Below, piece after piece: positions 22,965-32,199 of a stretch of DNA of 64,000 nt. This DNA is from Bispira polyomma (Eukaryota). Within the stretch, counting starts at the first letter, position 1. Each line of letters begins with the position of its first letter. The notes beneath the pieces are model-generated. The model searched no databases. It saw only the letters and a program-made list of their open reading frames with translations, and was not told the DNA's origin. The stretch covers positions 40,548,001 to 40,612,000 of the forward strand of contig OZ287752.1 of NCBI GenBank assembly GCA_965649765.1. Reading direction: 5' to 3'. Both the position numbers and the translations under genes were made by a program.

Positions 22965-25781
22965 TTAGATATTATAATCCAGGTTAAAATGTGTTATAGG
23001 AACCTCCTTACGTGTGCAATGGCTTAATTTCTCCAGCACTTCTTGTTTAGGGGGATTATCTGAATATATGCGCGAAAGTGCGTCTGCCCATATATTCTCC
23101 TTACCTTTTATATACTGTATGTTCAGAGTAATGTCTAGTATGGAAGATATCAACCAAATGTTCGAATGCATGCTGCTAAGAAGGGGTCCCTAGTTTTGCT
23201 GGTCTGGACAACCAAGACTACGGCCATGTTATCACAGTGTAAAGTAACTTTCTGTTGAGCCCAGTCCTCACCCCAGATCCTTAGTGCAATTACAATATTG
23301 ATCATCTCTAATTGGGTTATGTGTAATTTCTGTTGGTAAATATTGTGTACAAGTGTATAATAAATCTGTGAGCCCCATATGCCACCTAGTCCTGTTAAGC
23401 AAGCATCCAAATGGAGTTCAGTATATTCGCTAATAGTAGAAGGGACAATGAAAGTAATTCCATTGTATTTAAACAGGAAGGCGACAAACCAATCTAAATC
23501 TTTCTTTATATTATCTGTAAGTTTGAATCGCTTGACACCGGGCGAAGCCCTGAATACAGAAAGTAACCTATTGATAAAGTACCTAGCTGGTTTTACACAC
23601 TTGTGAATATACAGCAATTTGCCGAGTATGGACTGGAATTTTGAACGTGATAACCATGATTTTGTGCGTGCTTCCACACATGCGTCGTAAATTTCCTTTA
23701 TTTTTTGGGGAGTTATGCTAATAGTGCCCTCGTCGATGTTAATGTCAATACAAGAATGTGACACATGTAGAAGGGGGTGAAATTTTTTCCGGGTTCATTG
23801 GGAGGCCAAGATCTCCTAACAATGTGCAGAGGATATCAAAACCTCGTTGCGCCTCCGATTTCTGACAGACGCAAATATAATCATCGATATAGCATGAAAG
23901 GTCATACCCTTGCTTAGCCATGTGATCTGCAATAATGTCTGAACATCGTTGGAAGACGGCACTTCCGTGCGCCCACCCAAATGCGACTGCAGCGTCGACA
24001 TAGTATTTATTGTCATGACATATACTGAGTTTAAGAGCATCGACGGGGTCCACTCTTAAATTTCGAAAAGCTCTGGCCACATCGACCTTAAACATAACTG
24101 GGTCAGAAAATTTCAAAATGTTAGAAGTAACCGTATCTATGTTGGGAAACTTAAGAAGAAATTTTGTGTTGTCATAACTGTCCCTACTGATGTGATTATT
24201 TACTTAATCACCCAATGGGTGGGAAAGATTTAGAATGACTCTGCGTTTATCCTGATCTTTAGGTCTGGTTAACAAGGGGGAACAATGGTAATGTGGATCT
24301 GGAAGTATGTCCACTGGACCTAACATGGCCCCTTTAGACTTCTCTTTCTAAAGATATTGAACAATCGCATTTGAGTATTCAAGGGCCGAGTGATGATTAG
24401 TCACGTGTTTAGCTTGCAACTGATCTGCATTATATAATGACAACGGAAAACCGAATTTCAAGTATTGTGTAACTATCTTATCTGGGTGATCCTGCGTTAT
24501 CTTTTCCCATGCAGCGATATTTAGTTGAGACTTGATAGGTATTCGTGCCTGTCTGTAATTCGAAAGTCCTGTGTCTCTTATAATGTTTGCAACATGCATA
24601 ATGTTCTCAATACTATCTAGCAGAACCGAATCCCTGTCTGGTCCTACAAATTGAAATGGAGTACTAATAAGTTTGATAAAACCTGTGTTTTTATCAGGGT
24701 TGTCGATGTCCTTATTGGGTAACGTTTTTGAAGAAGAATTAACCTCCATGTCAGGGCCCACCAGCCCGGTTGTTAATGAGCGGAGCGGAAGTACAACTCA
24801 CCTTGTGCATTTTTTTCCCAATTATCTCTGGGTTTTTGAACTTTATTACATTTAACATACATGATATCTTTTTCAATGATCTTATCTATGATGTTACACA
24901 TGTACTGAGAATAATCATGACCAAAAGTCATATGACATGCCAGGTCCTTACTATAGTTGTCATGAGCGTCTGCTGCCCCCATCATTTCCTTGTCATTAAA
25001 CTTATATGCCCTGTTCCAGCTGTGACTGGTCATGATGATTTCCTGCCTTTCTACAACATCTAACCGAAAGCCTGGCATGGCATCCAAACGTGTATAATTG
25101 AAAGTATTACCTGCCTGATCCCACTCCCTATTGCAAAAACCTGACATGTCATGATAATTTGGAAACTGCAAGTATACCAAAGCTTTAACCATGCCATTGC
25201 TGGAATAGTAATCATAGTAATCATAATTCATTACAGAAACTATACATTTAGTCTCAAAAGTGCCTCCATACCACAGCACACACTGTTTGTCATATTGTTT
25301 ATCATCTGGTCTCTGAACATGACAATAGCCATGTCTATAATTAAACCCGTTTACATCAAACAGAAAGTTATTATACCATTGCTATGGTAGCCTAATTGGG
25401 TAAATTCAAATTTTTGTGATATTTCCACAATGTGATTTTCCTTTCTTGGGAAATCTCCTTTGCTACCCTGCAAATTTCCCTTACAGTGTTTAATCATGTC
25501 TGTTTTCTTGTTAAACCTGTCATTGCCCTGTTCAGAGACACTAGGAATAGTGGTTTCACCATTTCCAATTATTTTTACATTTGTATTTTTATACTGCTAT
25601 TTTTAACTATATGGGGCCCCTGTGGGGTCCTCTGTGATTCTTTTGAACCAACTAAACATATACTTTTTACCTTACGGCTGTCGTCATTTCCAACATTATT
25701 ATAATTACTGACTATATTTCTAGTACTCTTAAATAAACTACACTCTCTGATAGTTCGTTTACTTGGTTGTCGACCTACTTC
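22965..25781 (-). pseudogene. Ngaro-2 pol (unknown N-terminal domain + RT/RNase H), multiply frameshifted
   Basis: ORF pieces with KVDVARAFRNL, AFGWAHGS, YIDD, LDACLTGLG, LEMINI, HCDN and NIWADALSR. Confidence 0.92.
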
Positions 25782-26877
25782 CTAACTGGGTGTCGGCTTG
25801 TCTGAGGATCTTTTGGCGACATTCGCCTTAACACATTTGAATTCTGGATGTGTGTTCTCCCTATTTGCTGAGCGAAAACAATGGTTACATATGTGGCGAT
25901 ATTGTCCGTGGTCGGACTCGTGGTTGCAAGTGCCGTTATTGTAAAATTTACAAACATTCTTGGGTTTTTGTGATGCCTGTGATGCCTGTAGAGCCTGCGC
26001 GACGTGGCCGTTAATCAGAGCCAGCTGCGATGTATTCATGCGATTTAATGCCCAACCTGCTCTAACAGCTGGCCAGGGAAGTGAAGACGAATCCCTCAGA
26101 GTATAAATCATTTGGTACATCATGTGCCGCATGTTAGTGGCATCTGAGACTTGTACAATGTTAAATAACGGCAGCCCACTGTGACAGTGAGAGGTCATCA
26201 AAGCTAGGTCGTTTCCGAGCAGTGCCTCCGATCCAGCCCTCGTTTGACCACAGAGATTGTGGATCAGACGTAGTAACGTCCGTGGTGTTAAACGGACCGG
26301 ATTTGTGTCTGAGGGAGGTCTTACCTTGCGACAGGTCCGTCCTAAACTGCACGTCATAAGCCGCCAGTCGTTGATTTACTGCAGCGTTAACCTCAGGTAG
26401 GGTCTTCAAAACATCCGGTCGAGGGATAATGCCATCCCGCTGGTAGTCTTGGTGAAGAGCAGCCACTGGGGCCCTGTACTGAATGGCCTGAGCCGCGTGG
26501 ACGTCTGTATGCATGTGAGGGATGTAGTGATTACCCGGTGGAATTAGGGGAAGTTTGTCTGCAATTGGTGGCCGTAGTTCTATCATGGTATTGTTGGCGC
26601 CCTGCTGTGTAGGAGAGGTTAATGGGGTCGAGTTACACGCACCTTTCAATTCCACCTTATCGAGCCGTCTATTAATTTCAGAATTTGCTAATTCCAGCCT
26701 TTTTAAAATAGTCATTATGTCTGAAATACCATTCTCACCCGTCGCTGTCTGTGCTTCTGTCTCCTTTGTGATCCTAAGTTTCCTAACTACTGGATCTGTG
26801 CCTTTGGTTGTCCCGCGTTTAGAGGTCGTTTTCTTCTTGGATAACGGAACACTACCTGGTGTTTTCGTCTTTCCCAT
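25782..26877 (-). pseudogene. Ngaro-2 gag (one frameshift near 26165)
   Basis: ORFs 26161..26877 and 25782..26357. Contains QGK..KSG, FDDLSLSQWAA and the zinc finger CKFYNNGTC..H..HICNHC..H..C. Confidence 0.9.
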
Positions 26878-27169
26878 ATTGTGTAAATATTAAAACACTA
26901 ATAAAATCACTTGTTGTAAAAGAACATAAAACTTAAATGTATCACAGTTATAAAAATTTTTTTATTCGTTGTTGACCCTTCTAATGCTTGGTCCAATATG
27001 GCACCCAAAAGTGGGGATACAATTTCTAATTAAGGGTGGCCTAATTAGTGATTGGTTCATTAGGACATGTGTGAGGAAAATGTGTGTGAACAAGAATAGT
27101 CTTTTTAAAAGGGGTATTTATTGGGATGGTGAACTGATTCAGCAGACCCCTAAAGTTGTCGTGCTCGAC

Positions 27170-29318
27170 ACTCTCTCTAAAGGATATAAACAAAAGATTC
27201 TTGTCCTTCCTAAATCCCTTAGTTCTACTGACATATTGTTTTAGAGCCCGAACAGGACATAAAGACAAATCCTCAGTAAGGTTATCATCCAGAAATGGTG
27301 TGAGTGCTGGGATAATAACAGGTTTGATTGAATCTGATCCTGCAGAGGCTAACTGATTCTTGGCTATGAAAACAGGCGAGGGGGCTACAGTGACCTCAGT
27401 CCACCCAGGTTTATGCTTAAGTGAAGAAAAAGTCCATGCATGAATCTCACCCCTTCTTTTGCCTGACGCCAAGGCCATTAGGAAAACTGTCTTAAAAGTC
27501 AATAGTTTGAGAGAAGCCTCCTTCAAAGGCTCAAATGGAGGCTTAGTCAGAGCTAGAAGGACTACAGATAGATCCCAAGTGGGTATGCCCCTATCCTTAA
27601 CTGGTCTATCCCTATAAAAACTTGCCAAAAGCCTATTCAAATCCAGACTTTTAGAAATTTCTAAGCCTGAGGAAGCCAAATGATCAGCCACAGCTGTACG
27701 GTAACCAACAATAGTACCAGGTTTCAAATTCCGTTGTTGAAACAAGAATAAAAGAAAATCTGCTATCTGAGGGATAGAAGGTTTTGAGAGGTCCACCTTA
27801 TTCTCATTTGCCCACTGTTTAAATAAGGACCACCTTGATTCATAGACAGGTCTTGAGGAAGCTCTTTGAGGAGCCTTAATTCGGTCTTCCACTGACTGTG
27901 AGAGTGTTGTGTTAGATCCGAGTTCAGTAACCAAACATGAAGGTTCAAAAATTGAAGATTCGGGTGGTATTTCTGACTGAACGGTTGTTTCATAAGTTGA
28001 GGCCACTGAGGTATCAGGTAAGGTGGACTCACTGAAAGGTCTACTAGATCCCAGAACCAAGTCATCCCTGGCCAACCTGGAGCTAACACCATCATTCTGC
28101 ACTGGTACCTTAACATTTTCTAAACTACTTTTGGTATCAGAACGACTGGACAGAAGGCATAGCCGTCCAGACCCTCCCAAGAGATATTCAATTCATCTAT
28201 AGCTAGTGCTTGGACATCTGGGATTGGGGACACATACAGGGGCAACTTGTGGTTTCGATTTGTAGCAAACAGATCTATTTGAGGCCGGTAAAGCTTTTGA
28301 CAAAGTAGATCAAACATCTGGGGATGTATTGACCACTCTGTGTGAATGACCTTGTCCCTCCTGGAGAGACTGTCGGCCAACACATTCAGACAACCTGGTA
28401 TGTATCGGGCTCAAACCCTGATTCTGCAAGGATTGCAAAAGGCAAATATTCTTCAAACTAGAAGACACATTTCCAGGGAATGAGTTCCCCCTTGCTTGTT
28501 TAGATAGGCTACTACTGAAGCGTTGTTGGTGGCTATCAAAACTCGTTTGTTGTCTATATGCTTTACAAACACTTTTAAGGCCAGAAATACAGCTTTCAGC
28601 TCTAACACATTGATATACAAGCCTTTTTCTATGTCTGACCAGAGGCCCCTTTGAACCATATCGCCTAGATGCGCTCCCCAATCTGTATTGGAAGCGTCTG
28701 TGAAAAGTAGGGTGTTGTGCTCTAGAGTCTAGAGGATGCAAGTTTTTGCCTACCATCACATTTCGACGATCCGACCACCAAATCGTTTGATCTTTTAACC
28801 TGTTTGACACAGGAATTGGGATATCTAATGATTGAGGAACTCTCCAATGCGTTTTTAGATACCATTGGAAAGGCCTCATGTGAAGTCTTCCAAAGGGGAC
28901 TATCTTCTCTACACAACCCATGACACCTAACAGGGACATTAACTTCCTGGGAGTGAAGATCTGAGCTTTCTGAACTTCTATTAATTGATTTTGTAATATC
29001 TTCCACTTCTTTTGTGTTGGAAATACTAAACCCCGAAGTAGATCGAATCGATAACCGAGGAAATCGATTTGCTGAGTTGGGTGAAGTTCCGACTTCTGGT
29101 AATTGATCACCCAACCCATAGATTCTACTATCTGGATCATAGAACGGATCTGAGCTTGACTGTCCCTTAACGTTAGGGAGCGAATCAGCCAATCGTCTAA
29201 ATACTGATGTATCCGAATACCTTGAGATTGAAGTACCAGCTTTGTTTCTTTGACAGTTCAAGTGAACTCTATCGGAGCTAATGCTATCCCAAAGGGAAGA
29301 GCCCGAAACTGGTAACAC
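27170..29318 (-). pseudogene. DIRS YR, N-terminal and core part (frame overlaps RT/RH/MT)
   Basis: ORF 27041..28180 has YESRWSLF, TIVGYRTAV, WDLSVVL, KTVFLMALASGKRRGEIHA and LCPVRAL. Its last ~40 aa run into Ngaro-2. ORF 28722..29318 is probably the overlapping upstream part of this frame. Confidence 0.85.
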
Positions 29319-29800
29319 TGATTTGCTACATTGAATCGAAGGTATCTCTGTGAATTGCGATGAATCGGTACATGGAAGTAAGCGTCTTTAAGATCTAGCG
29401 ATGCTACCCACTCCCCCCGTCTCAACGAGTTTCGAATAACCTCTGCTGTTTCCATCTTGAAAGTTGGGACATACAAATTCCGATTCAGGAAGCTCAAATC
29501 TATGACAGGACGCCATTTGTTGTTTGGTTTTGGGGCAAGGAATAAACGACTGTAAAATGCCTGAGTTGTATTGATCCTTATTGCAGAAATCGCTCCTTTT
29601 TTAGCATTTCGTGAAAACAAAATTCTAGCGCCATTTGTTTCTCTTTGTTAACATAACCGCTGTGGATTGTGGGTAATCGAGAGAACGGGATTCTCGTTTG
29701 TAAGCGAATTCGGTAGCTGCATTTTAGGATCAGTACGGCTCGAGGATGACACTTTAAACTTTCCCATACCTGCCAAAATCCTTGCAAGCGGCCCCCATGT
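27763..29800 (-). pseudogene. DIRS pol (RT, RNase H, methyltransferase-like), frameshifted
   Basis: Motifs GGRLQGF, FYSRLFLAPK, WRPVIDL, SLDLKDAYFHVPI, ALPFG, YLDD, INVLELKAV, ADSLSR and IDLFATNRN. Confidence 0.93.
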
Positions 29801-29849
29801 CTTCTGCTGTAGTTGTCACTTCCTTCTTCCTCGTCCACCCCTCGTTGGC

Positions 29850-31342
29850 TGAGAAGCCTGGTAGTTTGCGGACTTGGTATTAAAGCTGGTCCCCCGAAAA
29901 GAACCCTGCCTCTGACCACCCGAATTCTGAGCCTGGTGCTCATGCTGAGATGAAGTTGGATTTGGTTTCAAATTTCTGTCTTTTTGGGCTCATTCGAGCT
30001 CTTTCCTTAGCTAGTTTTTTCTCTACATCATTAACTGTGCTGGGTGAAAAAAGGTCAGAGGTGAAGAAACCTTTTCTCCTGAGATGATTTGACTGGTGAT
30101 CTCCAATAGGAAGGCAGCTGGCCTTAAGAATACTATCCCTTCTCATCAGTTGTAAATTGCAAGCCATTGCGATACTTGAATCAATAATAGTCTCAAGGGC
30201 CTTGTCCACTGAGCCTAAACATGTTTGTGCAATCTGAAGATTACTTGAAGCTGTTTCCACTTCAAACTTCTGTATATCAGACATCCCTTCACCCAGACCT
30301 GATAAAGAAGAGTCTACATCCAGCATGGACCTATCCATGGTCCTAATAAAATGACACACAAATGACAGTACTTGAACATTCTCTCTAAGTAATGTCTCCA
30401 TTGAAATCATCTGCTTGCCTGGAAGAGAGTAATGAGATGGTAAGTTGACAGACTTCGACAGGGACTTGAATCCTGGCATTTAGGAGCTGTAGTGGCAAAG
30501 GAATCTCCGGAAGATTTATAATATCTCATTTTGGGCCTATTATAGGACAAAAATTCTCCTCTGTTCAATGGAGTGGAAGCCAAAAGTTCAGGAGAGTTAA
30601 CATCAGGACGTCCAGCAGCGACTGATTCATAATGCCTCCATCTTTGCAAGACGTCTTCAATTGGTGGTAAAGACATGGGCAGCAACGTTGACTTCTTAGG
30701 CCTAGCAGGACCAAAAATTCTGGCAGGCTGAGCTACATCATCCATAACAGTCTCTAAACCTAATACATGCCTCACTGTAGCAAGCATCTGTCTGTAAGGA
30801 GGATCCTCCTCATCCTGTCCTTCATCCTCCTTGTCAGCATCTAACTTCGATGAGGGGGACACCGAACGTGCTCTCTTCTTAGAAGGTCCATCCCCAGCAG
30901 AGATCATCTCGATCTCGCCCTCCTCTGGAGTAGGGGTAACTGCTGTCTGTGTTCTCTCAACATTAGCCAGCCTACTGTTAATTGAAGACAATTGCTGTAA
31001 AATCTGCTGTAATGGATCAGCCGATTCTCCCATCAGAACGGGAGTCTGACCTGACAACTGCCCTGCATCTTCTCCCAACAACTGATCTTCTAAAACCTTC
31101 TCTTTCTTCTTAATCTTCAAAAGGGCCTGTTCGATACGTCTACTATGCTCTGTGGTCAGTGCCAGACATACAAAACAGTCATCTGTTGACTCGGTCACAC
31201 AAACATCATCTCCAAGTTTACCAGCCCTGCAAGGAAGGCAGTAACGATGCGAGTCAAAGTCATATACAGGGTGGCCACACTGAGGAGCCATTCTCTGCTT
31301 CTTCTGGGGAGTCTTCCCTTGTAAAACCTGCTTTTCAGCCAT
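29850..31342 (-). pseudogene. DIRS gag-like ORF1 (frameshifted)
   Basis: Probable ATG at 31342 (MAEKQ). Contains the finger CGH..DSHRYCLPCR..DVCV..CFVC, and CNLQLMRRDSIL in ORF 29940..30479. Confidence 0.85.
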
Positions 31343-31420
31343 AACTCCCAAAGTATTACTCACAAAATTCAAAATAACGGTCGACAAAAAAAAAATGGCA
31401 ACGAGGTGCACACAAACATG

Positions 31421-31630
31421 ACCAAATGAAAACTGAGGGTTTCTCTCGTTCCACGAGAGTTTGGTTACTTTCGGGCATGCACAGTGAGGATTGTCGAGGA
31501 AATTTTAAAAATGAAATCACAAGAATAGTCTTTTTAAAAAGACTGAGTGATTTTTGGTCGGGCATAGGTGTAAACTAAATGAAACAGCATAAGTGAGGAT
31601 AAGGTAAGGAGTATTTATCGCAATAAAATG
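31421..31630 (-). repeat. DIRS 5' ITR
   Basis: Reverse complement of 20741-20920; ends in AAATG (31626-31630). Confidence 0.95.
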
Positions 31631-32199
31631 ATTGTTTAAAGGGCTTGTGAGAAGATCAAATGTAAGATAAATATTTGTAAATCAATCCTACGTTTTATTT
31701 CATATTTTTTATTAATACATGTAAGAATATGTATATAATCTAGATGCCAGTTTCTGTATAAATATATCAATAATTAATTAACACGTTGATACTTCCACCA
31801 CAAATTTGACTCCAACTTCTGTTCTCTTACCATCCACCTTCAGATGAGATGCTTCCAGAAGTTAATTTTCTGTCTTCCAGTACAGCAAGATGCCATTTTT
31901 AAACCAGTTGTTTTGATTTTCAAATACATCAGTAAAGTTTGACCAAAATATGTATCTGTCTTGTTACACTTCTGCTAGAATAAGGCACAGTAAGCCTGGT
32001 CAAGTGTACTTAGATGTTTTATATATGTACCTTCTATACATAAATCTATTTGCCTTCATTCTCATTTACACACATAGACTTTTATTAATGAGGGTGAAAT
32101 TGTCCAAAGTAGAATTTATAATGCTACACCGGGACATTTGGTCTTTTCAATATTTTAATATTAATTTTTAATTTAAATGTAATTTTTTTTATTTATCAA

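Larger units (their letters stand above)
21783..27169 (-). mobile_element. Ngaro-type YR retrotransposon (Ngaro-2) nested in the DIRS YR gene
   Basis: gag-RT/RH-YR homologous to Ngaro-1 and Ngaro-3. Removing it plus one flanking AC restores the DIRS frame FISFRES-FTTDIKK. No A2/B2 repeats are present. Confidence 0.93.
20705..31630 (-). mobile_element. DIRS1-type YR retrotransposon, full length, inactivated, with a nested Ngaro
   Basis: Inverted terminal repeats and an internal complementary region. Gag with an N-terminal Cys/His finger, RT (HQYLDDWLI), RNase H, methyltransferase-like domain (IDLFAT, YAFCP, APGWP..TWF) and an overlapping YR. Confidence 0.96.

Noticed and set aside
27041-27169. 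Novel C-terminus on the DIRS recombinase
   Set aside because: The ORF simply runs into the nested Ngaro-2 5' end; the true continuation is at 21780.
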